Part shown: positions 1 through 8,184 of the stretch, piece after piece
Layout of the letters: each line of letters starts with the position of its first letter
How positions within the stretch are numbered: position 1 is the stretch's first letter
Source of the DNA: Deltaproteobacteria bacterium
Lineage (GTDB): Bacteria > Myxococcota_A > UBA9160 > SMWR01
DNA: 64,000 nt
Reading direction: 5' to 3'
Assembly: GCA_032128115.1 (NCBI GenBank)
Contig: JAQBHB010000093.1
Location: 160,001-224,000, forward strand
Program-made: the position numbers and the translations under genes
The notes under the pieces: generated by a model
Told to the model about the DNA's origin: nothing
Seen by the model: the letters and a program-made list of their open reading frames with translations, nothing else
The model's database searches: none

Positions 1-1601
1 CACTGGGTGACGTCGTCGAGGCGGTGCCAGCCACGGGGGCGCATGCCGGCCTCGGGTAGCCCGTTGCTGCGCAGGCTCCAGCCGCCGTCGTTGGCCATGA
101 GCATCACCGTGGCGCTGCGACCCACCGCGAAATATTCGGGGACCGCCAGCGGGTCGGCGTCGGGCCGGCCGGCGGCAAGTTCGAGCGGCGACGCCAACAG
201 CAGCCGCATGGGGGAGCCGGGGGGGAACCCAAGCACCGCAGCTCCAGCTGCCAGGGCGGCCGCGGCGATCCCGAGGCGTCGCGGCTGAGTCCGGGCGAGC
301 GCGATCGCTGCCACCGCCAGGTTCGTCGCCACCGCCGCCGCCAGCGTGCCGTGGAAACCGAGGGCCGGGAGCCACAAGAAGGACGCACCCACTGCGCCGA
401 CAATGGCCCCGATCGTATTCCAGGAGTAGACGCGGGCGCTGGCGGTGGCCGCGTCGGCCTGGCCGCGGGCCAGGGCGCGCACCGCGAACGGGAAGCCCGC
501 GCCCATGAAGGCGGCGCCCGGCACCAGTACGAGGCCGGCGAGGATCGCGTTGGCAGCCAGCCCGCCCTGGCTTCCCGCTCCCAGGGCGAGGGCCAGCCCG
601 GGCAGGGAGTCGATCCACAGGAAGCCCAGATACGACGCAGCCGCGGCGCCCACTTGCGTCAGCGCAAACTGGCTGGCGGCGGTCGCGGAATCGCGGGCTC
701 GCCGGGACGCCAGTGCACTTCCCAACACGATGCCCGTCAGAAAACTCGCCAACATGGTGGCGAAGGCGTAGACGGTGCCCCCGAACAGGTGGCTGAGCAG
801 GCGCGTCCAGAGCACTTCATAGCTGAAAGACGCGATTCCGGTGACGGTCACCAGGGGCAGGATCCAGGCGGCCGCAGAGGAACCGGGCGAGCGCGCGGCG
901 GACTCTCGCGGCGGAGATTCCAGGGGCGCGAGCCGCCGCGCTCCAAGCACCGCCACGGCGAAGACCAGCGCGTTGGTCGCGACACCGACCCACACGGTGC
1001 GCTGCAGCCCCATGGCGGGCAGCAGCACGAATGCGGCAACCAGCGTGCCGGCCACGGCGCCCGCGGTGTTGAGGGCGTAGAGCAGTCCGACCCGGGCCCC
1101 GATCTGGTCCGCGCGCCGCACGGCCGCGCGCGCCAGCAGGGGAAGCGTCGCCCCCATGAGGGCCGTGGGCAGCATCAAGACCGCGAAGGCGGAAGCGAGG
1201 TGGAAGAGGGTGAGCCCCAGGCCCCCGGATTCGGGCAGGTCGGCGGCGTGTCCGAACCAGGCCACTTCGAGGGCGGCGCAGGCGCGCACTGCGATGGGCA
1301 CACCCAGGGCGGTGATGCCGATGGCCAACTCGAGGATCCCGTAGAGCCACAGCGGCCGGAGCACCCGCTCGACCCAGCGCCGTGCGACCGCTGCGCCCAG
1401 GGCCAGCCCGCCCATGTAGGCGCCCAACACCGCCGCCACGGCCGGCTCGGAGGTGCCGAACACGAGGCTGAACTGACGCACCCAGACCGTCTCGTAGAGG
1501 AGGGCGGCGAAGCCCGACAGCCCGAAGCAGACGAGCACCACGTGGAAGGGAAGATCGTGGGGTTTATCCCACGATCGTGTCGAGATCTTGGCTCCGTCCA
1601 C
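1..1601 (-). CDS. Fused MFS-like membrane / spermidine synthase-family protein (runs off the left edge, 3' partial)
   Basis: Not in the ORF track (no stop in window). Minus-strand translation reads VVLVCFGLSGFAALLYETVWVRQFSLVFGTSEPAVAAVLGAYMGGLALG, then hydrophobic helices, then VGRSATVML..GWSLRSNGLPEA, typical of this family. GTG start at 1601 is uncertain. Confidence 0.85.
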   Translation of the reverse strand, partial: MDGAKISTRSWDKPHDLPFHVVLVCFGLSGFAALLYETVWVRQFSLVFGTSEPAVAAVLGAYMGGLALGAAVARRWVERVLRPLWLYGILELAIGITALGVPIAVRACAALEVAWFGHAADLPESGGLGLTLFHLASAFAVLMLPTALMGATLPLLARAAVRRADQIGARVGLLYALNTAGAVAGTLVAAFVLLPAMGLQRTVWVGVATNALVFAVAVLGARRLAPLESPPRESAARSPGSSAAAWILPLVTVTGIASFSYEVLWTRLLSHLFGGTVYAFATMLASFLTGIVLGSALASRRARDSATAASQFALTQVGAAAASYLGFLWIDSLPGLALALGAGSQGGLAANAILAGLVLVPGAAFMGAGFPFAVRALARGQADAATASARVYSWNTIGAIVGAVGASFLWLPALGFHGTLAAAVATNLAVAAIALARTQPRRLGIAAAALAAGAAVLGFPPGSPMRLLLASPLELAAGRPDADPLAVPEYFAVGRSATVMLMANDGGWSLRSNGLPEAGMRPRGWHRLDDVTQ

Positions 1602-1765
1602 GCTCTCGGCTTCCACCCCCACTCCATTTCGACCCCCGGGCGCCGTGACCTGAGGAGGGCCGGAGCCGACCGCACGCTTCGATCCGGCCCCACCATTTCG
1701 CTGGGCTCGAGTCCGACGGCTATGCTGCCGATTCAGATTGCACCGCCCCCCGGAACGAGGTTCCC

Positions 1766-2329
1766 ATGAGGCGCTTGCTGGCGAACGCATTCCTCAGGGC
1801 CACCGGATGGCGGTCCGAGGGCGCGCGCCCGGTCTCACGCCGCCACGTGCTGATCGCGGCGCCCCATACTTCGAACTGGGATCTGGCCTACCTGCTGGCC
1901 CTCGCGACCGTGATGGACGTGAGGATCTCGTTCATGGCCAAACACACCCTGTTCCGCGGACCCATGGGCTGGGTGATGCGCGCCGTGGGTGGAATTCCCG
2001 TGCATCGACACCTTCGCGAGAGCCTGGTTTCGCAGATGGCGAGGGCCTTGAACGAGGCCGATCGCCTGAGCCTGGTGGTTCCGGCCGAGGGGACCCGCGG
2101 TTACGTGGCCCATTGGAAGTCGGGCTTCTACCACATTGCGCGCGAGGCCAATGTCCCCATCGTGATGGGGTACCTGGATTACGCGCGAAAGCGGGGCGGT
2201 TTCGGGCCCGAGTTGATTCCCACCGGGGACATCCGCGAGGACATGGACGAGATCCGGAGCTTCTACGCCGGCAAGGTGGGCCGGCACCCGGATCAGTTCG
2301 GGGCGATCCGACTCAAGGAGGAGATGTAG
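1766..2329 (+). CDS. 1-acyl-sn-glycerol-3-phosphate acyltransferase family (PlsC-like) protein
   Basis: PHTSNWD (HX4D) and PAEGTR motifs. Confidence 0.88.
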   Translation: MRRLLANAFLRATGWRSEGARPVSRRHVLIAAPHTSNWDLAYLLALATVMDVRISFMAKHTLFRGPMGWVMRAVGGIPVHRHLRESLVSQMARALNEADRLSLVVPAEGTRGYVAHWKSGFYHIAREANVPIVMGYLDYARKRGGFGPELIPTGDIREDMDEIRSFYAGKVGRHPDQFGAIRLKEEM

Positions 2330-2391
2330 CCCCCCCTTTCGCTGGTGATCCGATCCCGGAACAATAGGGCCGTCCCCGCTCGGAGGATGGC

Positions 2392-3660
2392 TTGAGTCGA
2401 ACCCATGCAGGGGCGGTAGCTGCGGCGCTGGCGATCCTGGCCGGCTCGATCGCCGCCCCGAGCCTCGCCGATCTGCCCAGCGAGGCTCCCGGCCGGAGCG
2501 TGACGCTCCCCGAGCCCCACCCGCACTGGATGTTCGTCGGCGACTTGCTGCTGCGCCGCAATGCCCTGCTGGATCTGGATCGAGGAACGTTTCTCGGGAT
2601 GGTCAGCACCGGGTTCCTGTCGCCGGCCGCATTGTTCGCGCGCGCGGGCGGCGAGTTCTACCTGCCCGAAACCCACTACTCCCGGGGAAGCCGCGGCACC
2701 CGCACCGATGTGGTCACGATCTACCGAACCCGTGAGCTGGCGCCGGTGGCGGAGGTCGAGATCCCGCCGAAACGCGCAGTCAACGTCCTGCCCGTGGGAA
2801 ACGCCGCGATCTCCGATGACGATCGCTTTCTGGCCGTCTTCAACATGACGCCCGCCACGTCGCTCAGCATCGTGGATCTGCAGCAACGTCGCTTCGTTCA
2901 GGAGATCGCGACCCCGGGCTGCAGTCTGGTCTACTCGGCGGGCCCGCGCCGCTTCCTGATGATCTGCTCCAACGGGTCCCTGCAGAGCGTGCGCCTGGAC
3001 GAGAGCGGCCGCGAAGCGGGCGTGGAGCGCACGCGGTCCTTCTTCGATCCGGAGCTGGATCCGGTGACCGAGAAGGCGGTGCGCTTCGGATCCCGCTGGC
3101 TGTTCGTGTCGTTCGAGGGCAACGTGCATCCCGTGGAAACCTCGGGCGACGCGCTGGAATTCGGGGAGCCCTGGTCGCTGATTTCACCGGACGACCGCGC
3201 GGATTCGTGGAAGGTGGGAGGCACCCAGCATCTGGCGATACACCAGGCCACGGGCCGCTTGTACTCGCTGATGCACCAGGGCGGCAACGACAGCCACAAG
3301 GATCCCGGCAGCGAGGTCTGGATCTACGACCTGGATTCCCGCGAGCGGGTGCAGCGCATCCGCCTGGCACACCCGGGCCTGTCGTTCATGAGCGAGACGG
3401 TCGAGTTCGGGCAGACCTGGGCCTGGCCCTTTCGCGGCATCTGGCCCTTCGCTCTCGACCACCTGGTCCCGAACCCGGGTCTCAACAGCCTTCAGGTCAC
3501 CCAGGACGACGAGCCCCTGTTGGTGACCGGTTCCCAGATCGGCGGCTCGGTCGCGGTGTACGATGCCCTGACTGGCGAGCTGCTGCGACGCGTGCCCACC
3601 GGCGGCATGACGACCCACACGCTGCAGGCGCCGTGGGGAGGAGGGGAGGCCCAGCCGTGA
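2392..3660 (+). CDS. mauB: TTQ amine dehydrogenase large (beta-propeller) subunit, MauB/AauB-like
   Basis: Signal peptide; ETHYSRGSRGTRTDVV, FNMTPATS, TPGC and MHQGG..HKDPG motifs; first gene of an overlapping B-E-D-A cluster. Confidence 0.9.
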   Translation: MSRTHAGAVAAALAILAGSIAAPSLADLPSEAPGRSVTLPEPHPHWMFVGDLLLRRNALLDLDRGTFLGMVSTGFLSPAALFARAGGEFYLPETHYSRGSRGTRTDVVTIYRTRELAPVAEVEIPPKRAVNVLPVGNAAISDDDRFLAVFNMTPATSLSIVDLQQRRFVQEIATPGCSLVYSAGPRRFLMICSNGSLQSVRLDESGREAGVERTRSFFDPELDPVTEKAVRFGSRWLFVSFEGNVHPVETSGDALEFGEPWSLISPDDRADSWKVGGTQHLAIHQATGRLYSLMHQGGNDSHKDPGSEVWIYDLDSRERVQRIRLAHPGLSFMSETVEFGQTWAWPFRGIWPFALDHLVPNPGLNSLQVTQDDEPLLVTGSQIGGSVAVYDALTGELLRRVPTGGMTTHTLQAPWGGGEAQP

Positions 3661-4193
3661 CCCTGGACCCGACGATCCAGACGATCCTGCGCATCGCCGT
3701 GTCGCTGCTGCTGCTCACCGCAGCGCGGCACAAGCTGACCGACTTCGCCCACTTCTCCGGCGTGGTGCAGCGCTACCGACTGCTGCCAGTGGCCCTGGCG
3801 AAGGCCGCCGCGGCGCTGCTCGTCGCGATCGAAGCTGCAGTGGGCGTGGCCCTGTGGCTGCCCGCCTTCGCGGCGCCAGCCGCACTCGCCGCCTTCGGGC
3901 TGCTGTCGCTCTACTCGGCAGCCATCGGGATCAACCTGTTGCGCGGTCGCCGCCACATCGACTGCGGTTGCGGTCGTCCAGGAAGCGTTCGGCCCCTGAG
4001 CAGCGCCCTGCTGGTCCGCAACGCCGGGCTGGGTCTCGCCGCGCTCGCGTCGACGCTTCCCGTCGAGCCGCGTGCGCCGATCTGGATCGACGGGGTGACG
4101 GTGGTTGCGGGGGTTGCGGCACTCGCGTTGCTCTACGCCGCCGTGGATGCGAGCCTGCCCCCGGGCCGGTGGGCTCCCAGGAGCGCGTCGTGA
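3657..4193 (+). CDS. mauE: MauE/DoxX-family membrane maturation protein
   Basis: GTG overlaps the mauB stop (GTGA); hydrophobic helices; NLLRGRRHIDCGCG and LLVRN motifs. Confidence 0.9.
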   Translation: MTLDPTIQTILRIAVSLLLLTAARHKLTDFAHFSGVVQRYRLLPVALAKAAAALLVAIEAAVGVALWLPAFAAPAALAAFGLLSLYSAAIGINLLRGRRHIDCGCGRPGSVRPLSSALLVRNAGLGLAALASTLPVEPRAPIWIDGVTVVAGVAALALLYAAVDASLPPGRWAPRSAS

Positions 4194-4804
4194 CCGATGC
4201 GCTCATCGTCTCCAATCTCGTGCTCTGGGTGCTGGTGGTGGTGCTTGCCGGTGTGGTGCTGGCCCTCGTGCGCCAGGTGGGCGTGCTCCACGAGCGCATC
4301 GCGCCGGCGGGCGCGCTGATGGCCAACGAAGGGCCCCGCCCGGGAGAAGCGGCGCCGGTGCTTCAGGTGGTCGACTGGTCGGGACGGAGCCTCGAACTCG
4401 GCGCGCCGGATCCGGAGGGCCGCAGCACGCTGCTCTTCTTCCTCTCTCCCACGTGTCCCGTCTGCAAGACCCTGCTGCCGGTCCTGGAGTCGGCTCGCAG
4501 CGCCGAGAGACGCTGGTTGCGGGTGGTGATCGCAAGCGACGGCACCCGCGACGAACACGAGGCTTTCGTCCGCGACCACGGGCTCGATCGCTTCTCCTAT
4601 GTGCTCTCCACGCCGTTGGGCCTTTCGTATCGTGTGGGCCGGCTTCCCTATGCCGTACTCGTGGACGGGGAGGGGATCGTGCGTGCTTCGGGTCTGGTCA
4701 ACACGCGCGAGCATCTGGAGAGCCTGTTCGAGGCCCAGGAGCGCGGGGCCGCCTCGGTCCAGGAGTACCTGGCGGGCGTGCAGGAGGCCCAACGTGTGGC
4801 GTGA
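4190..4804 (+). CDS. mauD: Amine dehydrogenase accessory thioredoxin-like protein MauD
   Basis: GTGA overlap; N-terminal TM, RQVGVLHERIAPAGAL, SPTCPVCK and GLVNTREHLESL motifs. Confidence 0.93.
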   Translation: MTDALIVSNLVLWVLVVVLAGVVLALVRQVGVLHERIAPAGALMANEGPRPGEAAPVLQVVDWSGRSLELGAPDPEGRSTLLFFLSPTCPVCKTLLPVLESARSAERRWLRVVIASDGTRDEHEAFVRDHGLDRFSYVLSTPLGLSYRVGRLPYAVLVDGEGIVRASGLVNTREHLESLFEAQERGAASVQEYLAGVQEAQRVA

Positions 4805-5339
4805 CGACCAGAACGCCGTCGATCGCTGGGTTGCACGCGCGGCGCGGGACCTGGCCCGCCGCACGTCGCGCCGGAGCTTTCTCACGCGTCTGGGTGTGCT
4901 GCTGGTGGGTGGCGCGACGTTGCCCCTGCTGCCGGTGGCGCGGGCCGAACCCCGAGCACAGGCCGCCGGGGAACCGGACCCGAATACACCCCTGGGTGAT
5001 CCGAAGGATTGCGAGTATTGGCGCTACTGCGCCATCGACGGCTTTCTCAGCAGCTGCTGCGGGGGAACCCACAACGCGTGTCCGCCGGGCACCGAGATGT
5101 CCATGACCACCTGGATCGGCACCTGCCGCAACCCGACCGACGGGAAGGACTACGTGATCTCCTACAACGACTGCTGCGGCAAGGACCTGTGTGGTCGCTG
5201 TACCTGCATGCGCCACGAGGGCGACCGGCCCGTCTATTACGCCACCCGCAGCAATGACATCAACTGGTGTATGGGCAAGGTGGGCGTGATCTACAACTCC
5301 ACCGTGGCGGTGGTGATCGGAGTCGCGAGCGACACATGA
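4794..5339 (+). CDS. mauA: TTQ amine dehydrogenase small subunit (MauA/AauA-like)
   Basis: AGGAGG RBS plus GTG at 4794; Tat motif SRRSFL; Cys-rich core with both TTQ tryptophans (TTWIGTC, NDINWC) and Asp residues in IDG and YNDCC. Confidence 0.95.
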   Translation: MWRDDQNAVDRWVARAARDLARRTSRRSFLTRLGVLLVGGATLPLLPVARAEPRAQAAGEPDPNTPLGDPKDCEYWRYCAIDGFLSSCCGGTHNACPPGTEMSMTTWIGTCRNPTDGKDYVISYNDCCGKDLCGRCTCMRHEGDRPVYYATRSNDINWCMGKVGVIYNSTVAVVIGVASDT

Positions 5340-5767
5340 GTCGGCGCGGGTCCGCGCTGGCCCTGGGACTGGCCCTGGCGGGATTCGCGGTCGATGCTCG
5401 CGCCGCGCCCGGGATCGATTACATGTTGCAGTGTCAGGGATGCCATCTGGCCGATGGCGGCGGCTCGCCCGGGGCCGTGCCACCCCTGGCCGGGCTCGTG
5501 GGGAAGTTCCTGTGGGTGCCGCGGGGGCGCGAGTATCTGGTGCGGGTTCCCGGAAGCTCCCAGTCTCCCCTGAGCGATGCCGAGCTGGCTGCCGTGCTCA
5601 ACTGGATGATCCGGCGCTTCGGGCCGGCGGAGGTGGCGCAAGACTTCACGGCGTTCAGCGCCGACGAAGTGGCCGGCTATCGCAACCCACCGCTCACGGA
5701 CGTGGAGACGCTTCGAGCCGAGCTGCTGCGCCAGATCTCCCGGATCGAGTCCTCGCGCGCGCCCTGA
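5336..5767 (+). CDS. Monoheme cytochrome c (likely electron acceptor of the amine dehydrogenase)
   Basis: ATGA overlap with mauA; signal peptide; single CQGCH heme-binding motif. Confidence 0.88.
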   Translation: MSRRGSALALGLALAGFAVDARAAPGIDYMLQCQGCHLADGGGSPGAVPPLAGLVGKFLWVPRGREYLVRVPGSSQSPLSDAELAAVLNWMIRRFGPAEVAQDFTAFSADEVAGYRNPPLTDVETLRAELLRQISRIESSRAP

Positions 5768-5814
5768 TTCGCGCTGCGGTTGACGCCCCTGGCGCCGGAT
5801 GGGACGATCCGGCC

Positions 5815-6819
5815 ATGAGCGACCCGCTGCGTCTGGCCCTGGTGGGGTGCGGAGCCATCTCGGAATGGCACCGCATGGGACTTCGGGACGTACCGGAGAT
5901 CGAAATCACGGCGGTCGTGGATGTGGACCGGCAGAAGGCCGAGGCCGCAGCCAAAGCCACGGGCGCCGAGGTCTTCGTGTCGCTGGATGACGCGCTCGAA
6001 CGCGGCGCCTTCGATGCCGTGGATCTCATGTTGCCCCACGGACTTCACGAATCCCTGGCGATCCAGGCCCTGAAGGCGGGCAAACACGTGCTGCTGGAGA
6101 AACCCATGGCGCCCCAGGTGGACGCATGCCAGCGGATCCTGGCGGTGGCCGCCGCGAGCTCCGGCCTGTTCATGGTGGCCGAGAATGCCCAGTACTGGCC
6201 CGAGGTGCAGTTCGCGCGCGATCTGATCCGGGCCGGGGCCATCGGTGAGGTCGTGACCGCCGCCGCACACCTGTTCTTTCCACCCATGCCCGCCTACTAC
6301 GGGGGCGACAAGGCCTGGCGCCTGGATCGGGCCGCCGCGGGGGGCGGAATCAGCATTGACACCGGCTCCCACTACATCCGCCCCCTGCGCATGTGGCTGG
6401 GCGAGATCGATCAGGTCGTGGCTGTGATGGAACGCCCCTTCGAGTCGATGGAGGGCGAGTCGCTGACCCGCGCGCTCTTCCGATTCGAGTCGGGAACCGT
6501 GGCATCGTTCGACCTGATGCTCACCGAGGCTCCCATCGGACGCCAGGACATGTTCCGCATCAGCGGCACGAAGGGCGAGATCCTGATCGGCATGCGGGTC
6601 GTCCTCTACGATGCGGAACATCGCCAGGGCATCCGGGTTCGCGAGGACGAGCCCCAGGGCTACCTGCTGTCGTACGCCGGCCAATTCCGGGATTTCGCTC
6701 GCGCGGCCCTGCACGGAACCCCGCTGGCAGCCGGTCCCGAGGTGTCGCTGGGCGAGCTGCGCACGGCGCTCGCCATGGAGCGCTCCGCCGCCAGCGGCCG
6801 CTGGGAGAAGGTCTGGTAG
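5815..6819 (+). CDS. Gfo/Idh/MocA-family oxidoreductase
   Basis: LVGCGAIS Rossmann motif, HVLLEKPMA, GGGISIDTGSHYI. Confidence 0.9.
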   Translation: MSDPLRLALVGCGAISEWHRMGLRDVPEIEITAVVDVDRQKAEAAAKATGAEVFVSLDDALERGAFDAVDLMLPHGLHESLAIQALKAGKHVLLEKPMAPQVDACQRILAVAAASSGLFMVAENAQYWPEVQFARDLIRAGAIGEVVTAAAHLFFPPMPAYYGGDKAWRLDRAAAGGGISIDTGSHYIRPLRMWLGEIDQVVAVMERPFESMEGESLTRALFRFESGTVASFDLMLTEAPIGRQDMFRISGTKGEILIGMRVVLYDAEHRQGIRVREDEPQGYLLSYAGQFRDFARAALHGTPLAAGPEVSLGELRTALAMERSAASGRWEKVW

Positions 6820-6942
6820 ATCGGGATCCGGGCGTGGCCCGGTCCCAGTCGGCCGCAAGCATCCGACTGCAGCGGTGTCGCCGGTTTCCTGCGGTGATGA
6901 CGCCTCCGGATGGCGCAGTACACATCAGGCATCGGTTCGGGT

Positions 6943-6958
6943 TGGCATCGCAATTGCT
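6943..6958 (+). promoter_or_regulatory. Sigma-54 (-24/-12) promoter candidate for RND operon 1
   Basis: TGGCATCGCAATTGCT matches TGGCAY-N5-TTGC with correct spacing, about 40 bp upstream of the MFP gene. Confidence 0.7.
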
Positions 6959-6999
6959 CCTGGAGCGGTTGGAGGACCCGCCGCCATGTCGAGTCGATC

Positions 7000-8184
7000 G
7001 TGAATCCGATCCTGCTTCGTTGGGCCCCGCTGCCCGTCCTGCTGCTGGGGGGACTGGCGGCCTGGGGGATGGCCGTGAGTCGGCCCTCGGCACTTCCCAG
7101 CGTTTCGACCCCACCCCCGCCCCGCGTTCCGGTGCAGGAAGTGTTACCCCGGGCCATGCGCGTGACCGTCCGAACCCATGGGAGCGTGGAGCCGCGCGGC
7201 GAGGTCGGTCTGGTGTCGGAGATCACGGGCCGCGTGGCCTACGTGGCGCCCTCCCTCGAGCCCGGGCGTTTCTTCGAAGCGGGCGAGCTGCTGCTGGAAT
7301 TCGACCGCACCGACGCGGAGCTGGCGCTCGACCGGGCAAACGCCCAGCTGCTGCGAAGCCAGAGCGAGGCACACCTGGCGCAAGCCCGCCTCGAGCGCCT
7401 GCGCGAGCTTCAGCGCCGTGATATCTCCAGCGCTTCCCAGCTGGAGGAGTCCGACTACGCCCATCGCATCGCACTGGCACAGCTGCGCGAGGCGCGCGTC
7501 GGGGTGGGGCAGTCCCTGCGGGAGCTGGAACGAACGCGCATCCTCGCGCCGTTCGCCGGTCTCGCCCGGGAGAAGCATATCGACGTGGGGCAGTTCGTCT
7601 CCCGGGGGACGCCGCTGGCGCGCATCCACGCCGTTGACTTCGCCGAAGTGCGCCTGCCGATTCCCAACTCGGAGCTCGGCTTTCTCGATCTTCCCGAAGG
7701 GCCGGACGCGAAGGGCGGTCCGCAGGTCGTTCTGCGCGCCCGGTATGCGGGTCACGCCGCCGAGTGGACCGGCGTGCTGGTGCGCAGCGAGGCCGAGTTC
7801 GAGCCCCGTTCGCGCATGCTGCACGTGGTGGCTCGGATCGACGATCCCTACGACCGCCGTCACACACGAGGGGGACCCCCCCTGTCTGTGGGCCTGTTCG
7901 TGGAGGCGGAGATCCAGGGCCGGCTCTTCCCCCAGGTCTTCGTGCTGCCCCGAAGCGCCCTTCGCAGCCCCGGAGAAGTGGCGGTGGTGAGTGACGACGG
8001 GCAGCTGCGCGCGCGGCCGATCGACGTGCTCCGGATCGAAGGTGAACAGATCCTGGTTCGCGGCGGGCTCGCGTCCGGCGAACGCGTGGTCATCTCCGCG
8101 GTGGGCACCATCGATGGAACCCGGGTGCGCGCGGTCCCCGTTCTCGCCGACAGCGCTCCGCTTTCGCTGGCCGAGAAGAATTGA
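7000..8184 (+). CDS. RND efflux membrane fusion (periplasmic adaptor) protein
   Basis: N-terminal TM; SEITGRV, ILAPFAG and GLFVEAEI lipoyl/beta-barrel motifs. GTG 7000 preferred over 6910, which lies upstream of the sigma-54 site. Confidence 0.9.
   Translation: MNPILLRWAPLPVLLLGGLAAWGMAVSRPSALPSVSTPPPPRVPVQEVLPRAMRVTVRTHGSVEPRGEVGLVSEITGRVAYVAPSLEPGRFFEAGELLLEFDRTDAELALDRANAQLLRSQSEAHLAQARLERLRELQRRDISSASQLEESDYAHRIALAQLREARVGVGQSLRELERTRILAPFAGLAREKHIDVGQFVSRGTPLARIHAVDFAEVRLPIPNSELGFLDLPEGPDAKGGPQVVLRARYAGHAAEWTGVLVRSEAEFEPRSRMLHVVARIDDPYDRRHTRGGPPLSVGLFVEAEIQGRLFPQVFVLPRSALRSPGEVAVVSDDGQLRARPIDVLRIEGEQILVRGGLASGERVVISAVGTIDGTRVRAVPVLADSAPLSLAEKN

Noticed and set aside
351..1769. 472-aa plus-strand ORF in the track
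   Set aside because: Antisense shadow of the minus-strand MFS/spermidine synthase gene; Arg/Gly/Pro-rich with no motifs.
2392..5339. Evidence of methylotrophy
   Set aside because: Substrate cannot be read from the sequence; motifs look closer to aromatic amine dehydrogenase and no C1 pathway genes are in the window.
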